A stretch of 64,000 nucleotides of DNA, from NCBI RefSeq assembly GCF_009914755.1, contig NC_060930.1; one strand, written 5' to 3'. Numbering within the stretch: position 1 is the stretch's first letter; the number at the start of each line of letters is the position of its first letter. Positions 27,452-41,778 of this stretch are shown here, piece by piece. Position numbers and translations under genes: made by a program. The stretch comes from the human T2T-CHM13v2.0 reference genome, Homo sapiens. A model generated the notes under the pieces. The model was not told the DNA's origin, made no database searches, and was given only the letters and a program-made list of their open reading frames with translations.

Positions 27452-27874
27452 TGAATCTAGTTCTAGTATAGAGTGCTAGTTCTAGTATACAGTGGTTCTA
27501 GTTAAACCAGTCTATAACAGGACTTCTCTGAAAATGACACATTCTTTTATACTCTACGCCTTGGTTCCATGTTCCTAAATTTTCTTCATGAAAAGACTGT
27601 CCAGAGCAACTTATTACAAATAGAGATTACTAAGGCCATCCCTTCAAGAGTTTAAAAAGTCTTCTAGATGAGTTCTACCAACAGGTAGACTTGTCAGATA
27701 TGGCCTTAGTTCAGGTAATTTCTTTTCTTCAAACTGGAATGTCTTTGCACTCTTCAACTATGCAGCCTTTCAGGCCTAGTGGTGAGAAGCTGACCTTTGT
27801 CCTCACCTTCTTCCCTGGACAGATTTAATCCAACTATTCTCAGAATGTCTGTTGCTGTTCACAAACTTAGATTT

Positions 27875-28070
27875 CAGAGATTTTCAAAGTCCAAGTGTGG
27901 TTCCTCAGACTAGTAGCATTAGCATCACCTGAAAACTTGTTAGAAATGTAAATTTTCAGGCCTCACTCCAGATCTATTGAATCAGAACCTCTGGAGATGG
28001 GGATATGCAGGCTGTGCTTTGACAAGCCCTCCAGGTGATTTTGATACATGCTTAAGTGGGAGAATCGCTG
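27875..28070. mobile_element. MER5A (hAT-Charlie)
   Basis: 'agcatcacctgaaaacttgttagaaatg...gaatcagaacctctgg...acaagccctccaggtgatt'. Confidence 0.85.
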
Positions 28071-28098
28071 CTCTATAAATGGAGCCCATTATTTTTGA

Positions 28099-28135
28099 GA
28101 TATATATATACACACACACACACATATATATATAT
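28099..28135. repeat. (TA)n(CA)n(TA)n compound microsatellite
   Basis: Read directly from the sequence. Confidence 0.9.
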
Positions 28136-30052
28136 GGCTATTTCACCTACTAGTTTGCTTTGCTAAAATCCTTGATGGGTAGTGGCTGCCTCTCATTTCT
28201 CTTTGCATTTACTCTCTATGTGTCTGGCACATAGAAGATGTTTAAAATTCTTCTTGAATGAAAGATTTGGAGAATAAAGGGGTTAATAGATAATTACATT
28301 TTTTTTGAGTAAGCTACCTGGTGAAAGCCATGACCCAAAGGGCATCGCATAAAGCTACGTGGATGATCAAGCTGCTGTGTGGCCCCATTGCATGGCACTG
28401 TGGCTCCAAGTTCCAACTCTTTTACATTTTCTCAAGTTGTTATCTGCTTCCTCATCCTCACGTATTTTAGTTCTATGACTGTAGAAGAATACAAAGAGTT
28501 CATATGGATTATTTTCACAGGTCATTTTAATGCTAATGTTAAAACCATGTATGTGTGAAATATTTGACAGGACAATTATACCATAGGAAAAGTTTTGAAT
28601 TAGAGACAGGCCATCCAATGAATGTGTAACTATGTGTAAGGATATGTTGTGAAAATTACATTTTACATATATATCCATCTTTGTCCAGTGCTGACATAAC
28701 ATTGCAATACTACATCTTTATGGTAGAATAAAAGCATGTGCCTTATACATAACTTTCATAGAAGATGACTGCAGAGCAGATCTCTGATTGTGGGAGGAAC
28801 AGTGATCTTGTTTCTAAGCATAAATCACCTGAACTGCTAAATTCCCTGAAATGCAAATAAATCTCAAGAATTATTTGCTAATTAAATTGATGTTTATATA
28901 TGTAGATTAATCTAGATACTATTGTAGTGTCTCTAGCTATAATACGTGCATGTAGATAAGAGTTATATATACCTGAGTATCCAGTAATTTTACATGGAAA
29001 AAAGTATAAAAGATTAGACTGCCTATTTATGTTCCTAAGATATTCGTTTCTTCCTCTTTGACTCATCTTTTATTTACTGAATTTAATTAATGCAATATAA
29101 ACCATTTTTCCCCAAGTTAGATATGCAGAAAACCAAATCAACTGTTCTGTAAAGATAAAGCAATTTCCTGAAAATTTGTGGTAAAGCTTTACAAATGTTA
29201 TAAAAATGGGCCACGCTGCATGTCAAAACCACAGGAATGTGAAGATTAAACTATACATTAGAGTATTGTAGTAAATAGATCACACAGAGCTAATAACTAG
29301 TTACTGTTATACCACATTAAATTCACTAATGTGAATATTGTTGTGTTTTAGACACTCAAAGTTCTTGGGTGTTCAGGCCATCTTACAGATATAAGTTTTG
29401 TGAATTGTATTTATTTCTTCCTTTTTATATTCAGTGCCACAACTCTATTTCAGGCCAATATTACCTTCATTGCTGATGACCACAACAGCCTCCTAACTTA
29501 ATTCTTTGGTTCAGGTCTCTCATCTCCAGTCTAACCTACACTTAGAACATTGCAGATTAATACTTCTAAATTTTGAATCTAATAATAATAATAATAAAAA
29601 GTAATCTGAGTCCATCAAATCAAATATAAATTCTGCAGCATGATGTTTGCAGGTCCTTATATGAAACTTTCTGGTTTGTACAAATTCAACTCCTGTACTG
29701 GAAATGTACCCTCAAGCTAAATTGAGTTCGTTGACCCAGGAACATATTCTGTGCTTTTGTTGCATGTTATGGCTTTGCTCAGTCTGGTCCCGTCACATGG
29801 GGTGCTCAGGCCAATAATCTTACCTCATCTTAAGTGCTATCTTAATGCAACACACTCATACCAGGTTTGGCTCTACTAGAAATCATCTCTCTACCCTCTG
29901 GATATCTCCTTTTGGACTCTGTACAAGTTCTGGCTTATATTCTAGTTATAGATGTCACAGACGCTTTTGTCTTGTGACTTTTTAAAACTTCACTTAATAA
30001 AAGGCTCTATCAGTATTTATTGGATTAAATGTGTTGACTTGGTTGTCTAAGC

Positions 30053-30229
30053 CACTGTTTTTCAAATTGAGCCACACATTGAAATCACTATGGGAACTCC
30101 CAGAAGTACTGAGGTTGGGTCTCGCTATAGGATATATTGATTTAAGTAGTCTGGCATGAAGTCTGGGCATTGAGACTTTAAACATCTCTCTAGGTCATTC
30201 CAAAGTACAGCAAATTTTGAGAACCACTA
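30053..30229. mobile_element. MER5B-like (hAT-Charlie)
   Basis: TIR-like ends cactgtttttcaaa / ttgagaaccact; 'gtctgggcattgagactttaaa'. Confidence 0.7.
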
Positions 30230-33200
30230 GCTTTGTTACTCCTAGGGTTATCCAAAATGTCTCTTAGAGTGTGTTTGTTGACCATGGTCTCGTATGGCCA
30301 CTTGGTTGTTGGATTTATCTCCATTCTACTTCTGTGAACAGATGTCCTCCTCGTGAACCAGTTGGAAAATGGGGCCTCCCCAGGCCAACTCCAACCTTAT
30401 CTATAACTCTAAAAAGCATAATTAGGAAATGCTTTTTTCAGGTTTAAAGTTTAAAATATATTCCTCCAAACATCTTGTAATATGATTGCTGGTTTTGGGG
30501 AGCACCACTATTATAATTAAAACTTTAACTATTAAAAAGGACAAGGGTAATGTATAAATCAGTTAGGTTTATGCTTAAAAACTAAGTGCATATGTACCTT
30601 ATGTGATCTTCAAAGAAAGCATCAGTGAATCATAAGGAAGTGAATTTAAAAAATAGTTTTAAGCATTTTAACAAACTCATTGTCTTAAAATTTACATTTA
30701 GAAAAGGATAGATGGGGAGAAAATCTATGCAGTTATTTTTCATCACATATAATTTACATTTGGACTTCTCTGTACATGCACCTTTCATACTGATTTATGA
30801 TGAAAAGATGATATATTTTACCATAGGGACATAGTACTTGTTTACAATGTTTTCTTTCTGGGAACAATCTATAAATCAGGGACAATAATACCTATTCTAT
30901 TAGGCAGGTATTATTTGAATTGTTAATTAAAATAATATTAACAGAGATAGTTAATTGGAGTGTATTAGTTTGAGCTGTTTGTTCTGGAGAGTTTGGGTTC
31001 CCAGCAATCCATGTCAGTCTCTTACTCTCACACTTTGAGGGCTTTTGTGCCAGAACGTGGACGGTGTTCCATCATCAGGAGAATCAAACTCATGCTCTAA
31101 ACTGGCTCTTGCAACCACTACATTTCAAAGCAAGAGAGATTATAAATTTATGTGATATTGCTCAGTTTTGGGATCCTTGATTTTAACAGTTAAAATTCAA
31201 AAATAGAGACTGTGTATTTACATTTTGTAAACCATTCACTGCATTTAAGCCCAAGGATACATCATAAAAAGAGCTTTTTCTTTATGATCCCTCTCCAAAA
31301 TCCAAGTAACTCCCCATATCCTGGCAATGCTTTATAATACCACTCACAATGGGCGCTTCCTTTTTATTCCCATCTGTAACAAGTCTCTTCTGGGTTGCTA
31401 TCATCTCATCTGTTATAGCCTTCATCCTGGACAACCTGCTTTCCTGCCCTTGTATATTTCACTTTTTCTCCCTGACTGTTGAGCCCATCCTCCATCTCTA
31501 TCTATTAGAATCTTACCCACACTTCAATGTGGATCAGTTCATAATTCCTTCCTTACTTTCCTTGAATACTCCAGCTGCAAATTTCCTCAACAGATCATGC
31601 ATACCTCAAAGTCAGGAACTATGAATAGTTTAGTGGTATTTTCTTCTGAGCCTAGCACAGAGACCAATATAGGTGCTCCTAAATATGAGGTAAGTAAATA
31701 GGTACAATCACAAGCCATCTAGGGGTACTTCAGAAACCCATCTACATCAAATCTTGATCCTAAAATGGGACTGAATTTCTAGTTCTATCTTTTTAAAGAG
31801 TAACAAACTTTTTGGAGACTTAGATATGTCAGGGTTTTTCTGAAACTTTCCAATGTGTTCCTTTGTTTTTAAAGCCTAACTAAGCTAATGAACAGAAACT
31901 AAATAAAAAAAAGGTTTCAGTTCAGTTGTTTAGTCCCTTCTTCAACAGTTTTAGATCCGTTTTAAAATTTTTTCTCACTTTACCTTTTTTTTTAAAAAAA
32001 CACCCTTGTCCTTAATTTTTCTTTATGTTGGATCACATTCTCCCTTATTTTACTATCAAGATGTGTATAGCTCTAGGTTGTAGCATTTCAACTTATAGGA
32101 AAGGACAGTTATTACCAACAAACTTGAAATTCTTCCTTTATATGGGGCCTTATTATTGTGTAACTGGCTATATAGGAAAATTCAAGAAAATGAAACAAAA
32201 CAACAACAAAAGCTTCTGAATATGGGCTCTCAAAGATTGAAATTATTAAATAACCTCCTTTTCATTAGGTCATGAGCAGGCAACTGATAAGCTGGAGAAG
32301 TCTTTTATATTTTTCTTCACTGAATGGATAATTACTGAACGTCTGCAAAGCAGACATTGTGTGCTTCATAGTTTGGCATGTCAGTTGCCATTTTTAAAAT
32401 AAAATCAGTGGAGAATTTCAACTTGAAGCACATATAAATGACAATAAATAGTACTTTTGCAAACTTTATTTAGTATTTGCAAATAGGTTCCAAATGTCCA
32501 GCTTAATTTTTCTGAGTTCTTATTTCATTCCTTTCTAGCCATGCTTATTTTTATGTAAAGGAGAAAACATGCTTAATTACTCTAAAGAAAAGTTATTTTA
32601 GAAATGATAAAAGTTGAACATATTTAAAGGAAAAAAGCAGAATAAAATTAATAATTAAAATACTAAATTTGGACAGGAAAATGGCTATTGAATAAGTCCA
32701 AACATTTCCAGGAAAGACATAAAGGCATCCTTGTTTTTAAGAAAACATACGGCAAACTATATAAAATGAAATATTACTAAGACTTCTTTGGTCTCCTCAT
32801 CATACGTCAATAATGAGGAGAGCTTTGCAATGATAAAGCTTTTGAAGTGGCTTGTGGAATATTAAATTGTTTAAGTATAATTTTGGCATCAAGTGACCTT
32901 ACATATTTTGAATGTTGGTTATCTATGCGTTATGTATAATGCCACCACATTATTCATCAAAATACAGTGGACTTGGATATTGAAATATTTAACATGATTG
33001 GTTTTAGTGACTTAGAAGTGGTGCTGATAGCCCCTGAACAATTATGCCCCAGCTTGAAACTGTATAGCGTGCAGCCAAAGGGATGTGCTTTGTGATTAAT
33101 CTCTGGGTACTACTGAGGAGCCGCTGGCTCACTCATTGTCTCCATCTTCTGCAGCTCTCATATGGTGAGAAAAATGTTGGTTCAAGTATTTTTATAGTTA

Positions 33201-36200
33201 ATATTACTACAATAATGCAATGTAATGCAGTGATAAATTTTAGGTAGAATTTATTTGACCCGATTATAAATTGCTGTAGATTTGAAGGTAACATAATTAT
33301 TAAGGGGTGTTAAAGTGCTATCTGAATCTTTTAGTAATGCTTTAGTAATTTATGTGTTTTAGAGACATTTGTGAACTTAGGGATTCATAAAAATATCTCT
33401 CAGGAATGCCAAGACATTTTGTATTTGCTTCAGAATGCTTTATCTTAACCACGGAGAGATAATTGATATATATCATCACAGTATTATTTTAATGTATGTA
33501 TTCTTGAATGTTTAAAGGATAAAAAATTACATTATAAGTTTTAGAACTTGTGATTCAATAAAATACTAAAAAAACATAGATTATGTTATTTTACATTGTG
33601 ATGTTATAAGATGTTTTGTTTAGGAAGTTTAATTCTTAGCCTAGAATTAAAAGGTAGCATGCTCGAAGTTCTCACTGAGGTTAGAGGAATAAGTTGCATA
33701 TTATAATATTCTGTGGGGCATTTAATACTAACAATAAAGAATGAAGAAAAATCTGGCGAATTTAAGAATAACCTAGCTTTTACAGCATTTGTGATTGTGA
33801 TTTTAAAAGACCTCATATTTGACCCTAAGAACTATAGAATATACACCTGTATAATTTATCACTACTTTAATATATAAATTATTTCTATTATTATGACTAA
33901 TGGAACTAGATTTCTTTTGTTGTTAAAATAAAAAGTTGAGATAGCCAGAAATGCTGTTTAACTTTGCCTAGTGGCACTGTAGTAAATATGATTTTGATGA
34001 CTTTTTTTTCCAAGTAGCTAAGATTTAATTGTTATTTTTCTTAAGATTTGTACCTGTAAGCTTTAGATAATAGATTTGTCATGCAGATAAATTATGAGCA
34101 ATTTAACTAAAATTATTGTATTTCAGTGTGTCCAAAACATGAAAATAATGATGAACCGAACAAGGAAATATTTGGAACATAATTTCCCTTGACTGAGGTA
34201 TGAGATTCATTTAATTATTAAATGTGTGTTTACACATGCAAATCTATGGGAAATAATTTGTTCTTTATTTGTTTCTATTATAGTTAAGAAAAACCTGTTT
34301 TGCAAAATGTTTTTTCACTGATCAACATAGAGGTAAATTTTGATAATGGACCAAATTCAGGTGAATTGGAAACTTTGGAAACTTTGGAAGGACTTTTGGT
34401 TTGGGTTCTTAGTAAGATCAAAAATAGGTACTTTTAGAATATTTTCTTCTTTGTGAGATCTAAAATGGCTACACAGCAGTCTTCTATTTCACAGGAGATA
34501 TTTTTGGATGGAAATACAACTTGGGTAATGTTTTTTTGATTTGACATTTTTGTTCACAATTCGTTTTTAAGCTTTCCTCAGTAAGGTAGCTTTAGTTGTA
34601 GAGCCCAAGGTACAGAACTACAGAGCAGAAACCTAAAATGGCTTTGTTTGTACTATTTTGGGAGTGATAAATGAGGCTGTTTTCATGAATGGGATGAACC
34701 TATATGTAATAGAGTATTTTAGAAGGAATATTGTTATGGGTAAAGACATCTGGAATTGATGGTTTGCCATGAGGTTTGTAGTGTTAATACATCAAAGTTT
34801 CATAATTTCATACATTTAGTCACCCTTCTTTGCTGTAGAAACTGGTATTTTGTCTAGCTAGGATTAAGAACAAGTGGGTTTTGTTTTAGGAAAGAAAATA
34901 AAAATGCTCAACTTTTACTCTCATTTCTACAATTTGTCTATGCATGGGTGAAGACTGTTTCTCCCTAGGAGTTTTCTTTTCACTGATGCTAATGTTTCCG
35001 TAAGTGACTTGTGTTTTAAAAACCCCGATTTAGCAGAAAATAATAGCAATGCCTTCCAGAGGAAAAGAAAACTTAAGTAAAATGCCAAATAATGGTAACT
35101 TTGTCTCTTTCTATTTGCCTAGAATAAACAAACAAACACCCGAACAGATTTTTTCCTCCAAGAAAAGTGATAAGTGAAATGCACTTGGAATTTTTCTGAA
35201 GTTATTCACAGATTATTTGTGCATCTTACTGGGTAGACTGCTGCCTCTAATCAAAGTCAGATTACTCTCTTTCTGAGTCAATTTTTGAGCTCTGGGATAT
35301 CTGTAGGGAGACAACTAACAACTGCCTTGAAAGATTTCATATTAATGAATATTATGTTAACCAGAATGTATAAGTGGGACTGCATATAGGAGTGCTCATT
35401 TTACATTTTGCCTTGTCTAATTTGATAAAGTGAATGAGCATCAAGGAAAGGTGATAAATAATATTGCTTTGTGGCTTTAATATATTGCCATTTAATCAAA
35501 GATTGCATGCCATTTTGTCTTTAAATACCCTTATGAGGTAGCTTGGAGAGATCTCTGCCCTTTTCAATCTGTGACAGATTTCCTAGTTCAGAGCAAAAAA
35601 GTCTACTGCTGAAAAATATGCATAATTAACAGGAAAGTATAATAAAGTTGTTGCTTAAACTACTAAAACTTTGGGATATTTGCATTGACTAGTTTAAGGT
35701 CTAATTTATCAGTTTGTAGCACATTTATGTTTGTGAAGAAAAGATGCCAGAATTCCCTTATTCTACTTGAAAATAGATGCTACAGACTGTACCAGGAGAT
35801 GCAAGAATATGACGGCTTATTCTTTTTTTTTTTTCCCCAGCTCTATCAGTGTTGCTACCAACAACCAGTGAATTCATCAGATAAAATGATAGAAGGTGTT
35901 TCCGTGTCCAGGGAGAGATTCTAGTAACCATATTACATTAGATAATTTAAATGCTCCCCATAACATACTGTAGACTGCCGCTACTGAGAATATAAGTTAA
36001 ATTTATATAGCACTGAAAAGTTATACATTTTTATTAAACACCAGTAATCTTTCGTCCATGAGAGTGTTTCCTAGTTATTCCTAGGAAATTCTTCAATGCA
36101 GTCTTCCAAAGCATTAGAATTTTTTTCCCCCTCTGGTTTGACAGAGCCTTGTGGGCAATGTGCTTACTCTACAAACTGTGGCAACAGAGGGAAAGAAAAC

Positions 36201-37879
36201 CGTAATGCTCCTCTATTAGACCATGCCATTAGCTGTTGGGAAACCAGAGCTCAGCTACAAATGGCTTCTAAAAACCTCAGCTCAGATAAGTGCAATGAAA
36301 TCATACACAGCAGGAATCACACACCATCAGTGGTGATTCCTACTCTGTTCCTAAAGTTTCTTTCTGATTTTTAAGATTTTATAATTACCATGACCTGTGA
36401 GACCTTTCTTAAGGGAAATTTTCAACTGGGGAAAAATAGTAGAAGCTGGCTTTCTATAATTTAAGATAGTGCAAAATCAGTGATAGTTTCCTTTATAAAT
36501 ACTTTATTATATTAAAAATATCTACCTTATAGAGGTTTTCAGTTTAAGGTACACTCCCATTTAATTTTTACATCTTTAGAGATGCAGAAGACATAAAATG
36601 TGATTTGTAGACTAGGAAGTTATACTATAAATATATTCTTAACCCTATATATTGCTCTTTTGAGTTGTTTTCCGTTTTATAAGAAAAGCAAGTGGCTTCT
36701 CTATCAGCAATAGAGAGTCCTCATTAAGTATGAAAAAAACTGATTAGAAAAAGTGTTCATTATGACTCAAAGACTCACAAAATATAGTCAATGAGAGCCA
36801 CTCTGGGAATGAATGATGCTTATGTCGGTGCTTACTTTAAGCTTCTTTACAAAGAGTCTCCCTAGCTTTTCACTTTCACTAACAAAAGGGTCTACGGCTC
36901 TTCCTTTGTGCTTGGAAATTCAGGAGCACCTCCCACTGCAAAGATTAGGTTATGAATCTAACAAATGAGAACCCAGTCTTCAAGTGCAATGTATTTGCCT
37001 ATGATCAAGTTTGCTAGCAGTTGAGAATCTATAGTTTTGCAACACCACGTGATTCTCTCTGCTGTATTCTAAATCACAGAATATGTGGTATTATTCCACT
37101 TGTTCTATCACACCTACTTACAGACATCTTGATTTCTGAGATGTGGGCTCATCTCTCAATATCCTTCCAGTGTCATTTCAAATGTTGCCTGATCTAACTC
37201 CACAACACTTCAAACACAGAACACCACCTCTTGTGCTCCTAAGTTAAACGTGATGGTGGATTAATCTTGGTCCTTTAGTTGATAAATCAAGGTAATTTAC
37301 TGCTGCTATACCCATACACAGTCCCTCCCCTGCTGGATCTCATGCAGTGTGGCTTTGTTGCTTTCACTTATGATTTTGCTGCTTTCATTTGGGTCAATAT
37401 CATTGTAGTTATTTTGTAGACAAAGTAGTAAAAAACTTGATTTTTCCCTATCCTATATATCTGCAGCTCACTGATTTAAAATATTAGCATAAAGGTCCGC
37501 ACCACAGTGATGATGTTCAATTTCATATTGAGATTGAAGATGGGGAAATAGCAAGGGCATACCAATTCAGCCATAAATATGTTTTGGGTCAATGTCATAA
37601 AATTGTCACAAAATTTTGGTAATTGAGAAAAAGCTAAAACTTTTTTTGTTTGTTTTTTGTTTGTAAAGGGAAGAAAAGTGCTTCTGAGGCTCTTTTGGAA
37701 TAAGTAACAGTTTTCAGATTCACTTTTGCAAAGATTGCCAATATCCTTCGCAGACACCAACAAACCAGACTGAACAGAAAGATCCCTGTAGTAGGATGCC
37801 GAGCAAATCATTGACTTCTCCAATCTCTAAGAGACAATATCTAAATGTCAGTCTCATGGCATTGTATTTTCTGCTTCAC

Positions 37880-37919
37880 CATAAGATTAGCAAACACAAG
37901 ACATAAAATTATGTTTATT
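37880..37919 (-). terminator. Candidate intermediate poly(A) site (~4.2 kb UTR)
   Basis: AATAAA (tttatt at 37914-37919), followed on the minus strand by ...TTTTATGTCTTGTGTTTGC, a strong GU-rich downstream element. Confidence 0.55.
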
Positions 37920-40900
37920 TACTAACCAATACAGAATATACTAGGCCCTTTGCCTGGAAGCCAGATTTCACTTCTGAGATTTTCCGAAGTCCATTCTAGA
38001 AGAGGTGGTTGTTACTGATACCCAGGGAAGGCAATTCTTAAATTGCTTACCTGGGGATGGAACTTTCTGTGGACTTTAGGCCCTTAAGACCAAAAGCCAT
38101 GAGGCATTTATGAATAGGTGATGTAAGAAATTTTAATAAAAGTTGCAATAACCCTGAAAATAGTGTCTTTAATAACCTATGTACTATTAATAACAAAGCA
38201 TGCATAGTGCCGTGCATTCATAACTATTTGGTCATAAAAATATGTGACTGTAATTATGATATTTACAGTCAACTTATAAAAATACATGTAATTCTGAATG
38301 GCAATAGTTAATCCTTAGCTCTAACCACAAGCCTAGAAGGATTAGCTTATTACGGGGAAATGTGATAGATAATTACAAAATGGACAAAGCTTTTACTGTC
38401 TTGAATTTAACATTCAAGAATAACTATAATAGCATCATAAAACATTTGTCATCATTATTCTTCTCACCTCACAAGGTAAAAACCTAAATTCTGTGGAAAT
38501 AAATGGGAATCAAATAGGAAAGGGCCACTTACATGATACAACAACAGAGGAGAATAGTTCTTTCATAGAATACTCATGCACAGCCTTCAAAGAGGTTCAT
38601 AGTAACTGCAAGAATTCCTGGGAAGACATCTAAACATGACTTTCATTAAAAAGAATTAAGGCTGGTCTAAAGAATCAAATCTCTAAGGTATGATTACCTT
38701 TAACCATAAACGGTAAAAAATCTTTTAGCTGATCTCTCTGTAATTTAGGTGAGTACCTCTTTGAAGTTTATTAACATCAAAGAGAGTGGAGCTCACATGG
38801 CACTTTCCAATTCAAATTTAAATTCTGATGGAAGGAAATAAATCCACATTCCAGTTTACATACAGAAAAAGAGTAGTTTTTTCAAACTTTATAACCTCTT
38901 ACTTTAAGGGCATATATGTTTCAATTAAATAAAATATTACACAAAGCTAACATATTTCCCACAAATTTCTTCTCTTCTAGGAGTTGATTGGTCATCTGCT
39001 GACAACAGATAAGTTCCTAATTTGAATGGCATTAGTACTTCATAAATGAACAAAACAATGAGTGCAAACTGGAAAAACTAGGGAGAGGTGCATACAAGCT
39101 ACCAAAAAAGGTTGGGATTGGGGGTGACCTGCAAGTCATGATCTCATATCTTAGGATGTATCTTAGTATTCAGGAAATGGAATTCTTGGAAACATCTGTT
39201 TCACAGTGAGGTTGGGAGGTCAGACGATGCTCTGTTAGATTCTTCTTAGGATTAAATTACTTCCTAGGACTGCATTAAGACACTTTAGGTGGTATATTAA
39301 CTCTTCCAGAACAAATAATTCCATTTCAGTAAATTATTGCTACAGTTCTCTAAAGAGTACTACGGTGTCCTGGAAAAGATAATGTTCCTTCCAAAATGCC
39401 CTCTAGTCACTCGAACAATGAGAAATTCATATTTATCTTAGACACTTTGATCCTTGAAGACATAAACTAAAAAAGAACTGTTTTTCCCTATCTAAACAGA
39501 GACTATCTGGATGGAGACATAATATTAGATCTGCCCTGGTCATTTGGCAGTGTATACCATTTCCTCCATGTGCTTTTGACAACTGGCATGCTTGATTCTT
39601 TCCCTGTAAATCAGCCTGCCATTCTTCTTTGCATGCAGAATGGTCTATAGGAACCAAGAAAAAACCAACCCCAATAGCCAATCTTTTAAAAAATAGGTGA
39701 ATGAGTGGAGCATGGCACACAATGGGAAGAAAAGGAGTGATAGTTAATTAACTTTCTCAGTGATTATCTCCCATATTTTGATATGGGAGATAAAAATCTT
39801 CCATATCAAATCTTTACAAATGATGGGTAATCTGTAAGAGGAATTCTCCTCCTCCCTGCACCCCCACTACAAAACTCCCACCCAAACAAAAAATCAAAAC
39901 CCAACCAAAAACCTCCTCTGAAACTTCTACTTCAGATATGAGATCATGGTCTGGAGGCTACTCGTACCAAATACCAGTTCATTCTAGTACAGCAGTTCAT
40001 GAGGCAAAAGGCTAGGAGTATTTGTGACATGACTTTACAAATAATGTAAAAACAATAACCCTATGATTATGGGCAATAATTTTCCCCACTCAAATCTATA
40101 GATATTGCACTGAAACTGACACAATGGAGAAGACATAGATCATTTCCTGTTGAAACCCAATTACCTCAAGGTAAAACAAAACAAACTCCATTTAATAAAT
40201 GAAATATTACTTAAATGTTTTCATTTTAGGGTCTGTTCCCTTTCCCCTTTATATTCTGGAAAGTTATATGTCTAAGTATACTTGTTTTGTTACTTCATTA
40301 GTCTATCAACTTCATTTCCAGAGACTATAACGAGAATGGAATGGTTTGTACCTTTTTTCTGAACATAATTGAGTCAAGGAGTTTTGTTATTTTAGGTATT
40401 ATTAATTTGATTAAAACATAGAACCAAAGTTGATGGGAAGTAGTAGCTTTCTTCTAGGTAAAAGAGCTTACTAGCAGATTTTATAATCATCGGACATTTA
40501 TTCTGTCCTACCTGGAAATAAATTATGTTACTGCTTGGCATGGGAAAAGGCATTTTCTAGTAATTTCCTGTGACAGGAGGCACAGCAATAGTCCAAGTAA
40601 GCACCCAACAGGTGCTTGGGAGTAGTTTTAAACTTTAACTTAATGAAAACATTTACCTCAGTACTTTTGTTTGAGAAAGAATTCAGCAGCAGTTATAGTT
40701 AATATCCCACCTGTGGAGAGCTGCGATCACCCTAGGAGGTGGGCCAACCGAGGAGCACTTTCCAGGTAACAAGAGCAACACTATTGTGAGAAGCTACAAA
40801 TGGTACTGCAGTAGGTGTAGTGAACACTACTATAGTGATCATGGCCTGGGTTATGTTCCAAATACTAATGCAAGGAATACACTAGAGTTTATAGGATTAG

Positions 40901-41778
40901 AATAGTTTCCTTATGCTAAGAACTAGTAGATGGCATGTGATGAGTGGGTATGGTCCATTTTATTCTATTTCACTCTACGAGTTTCCTAGTTATGTCTCCT
41001 TTCTCCTATGTTAATTATCTATATTCCATGACAGTTATTTTCCCTATCTAAAATAAGAACGGTGTAACTATGGAGTACCCCAACTCACATACACATACTT
41101 GTGCACCCTTAGACTCATGTATGGATAATCTGTGTAAAGCGCTCATTTGCAATTGGGTGAGCTCACTGAAAGCAGCCATATCAGTCTTCCAAATACAGTA
41201 AAAGCCAACGAAAATCCATATCAACTGTTTATTTCTAATATGAAACAGTAAACCTTGTCCATGTGGTAATTAATTCAAATGCCTTTTGTGTTTTCTTGTG
41301 AAGTCATCCAAAGCAAAAGTCTAGATGACTGCTGACATGATATGCATAATCTAATGAACTCACATCTCTGTTTATTTTGCTCATCCCACAGTTGAATGAC
41401 ACACTGACTGCTGAGACACTTGGGTTGATTTAGAACGGCTATTAATGAATCTATAAATTTGGCTAAGGTTGATTTGACTTTCTAGGGAAAAGCCAGCCTA
41501 TCTTCAAATGGACAGCTCCCTCCACATAAACGTCAATGTACCCTAAAGACAAAACTAAGTATATGTATATACGGGATATATACATATATATGTACACATA
41601 AAATGGATTGGGAAGTCCTTTGGTTTAGACAGTATTAAATATGTACTTCCCAAGTGCATAGGTTTCCTTTGACCAACCTGTTCAAAAAACAAGCATGAAA
41701 AGTGCCATGGCACATTTCCCATGTCTTTCCCCCTATTTGAAGGACACCTTTCCTTGCTTCTCCATCACTCCTAAGCAT

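Noticed and set aside
33010-33160. GC-richer patch with SOX-like motifs (aacaat, ctttgt, cattgt) as an enhancer
   Set aside because: Short motifs are common; this cannot be supported without conservation or chromatin data.
6866-34395. Micro-duplications (tactctatgt x2, cacagaagtaatt x2, agtggaacaa x2, ttaatagcagg x2, ggaaacttt x2)
   Set aside because: Ordinary slippage-scale repeats in AT-rich DNA, with no array or spacer organisation.
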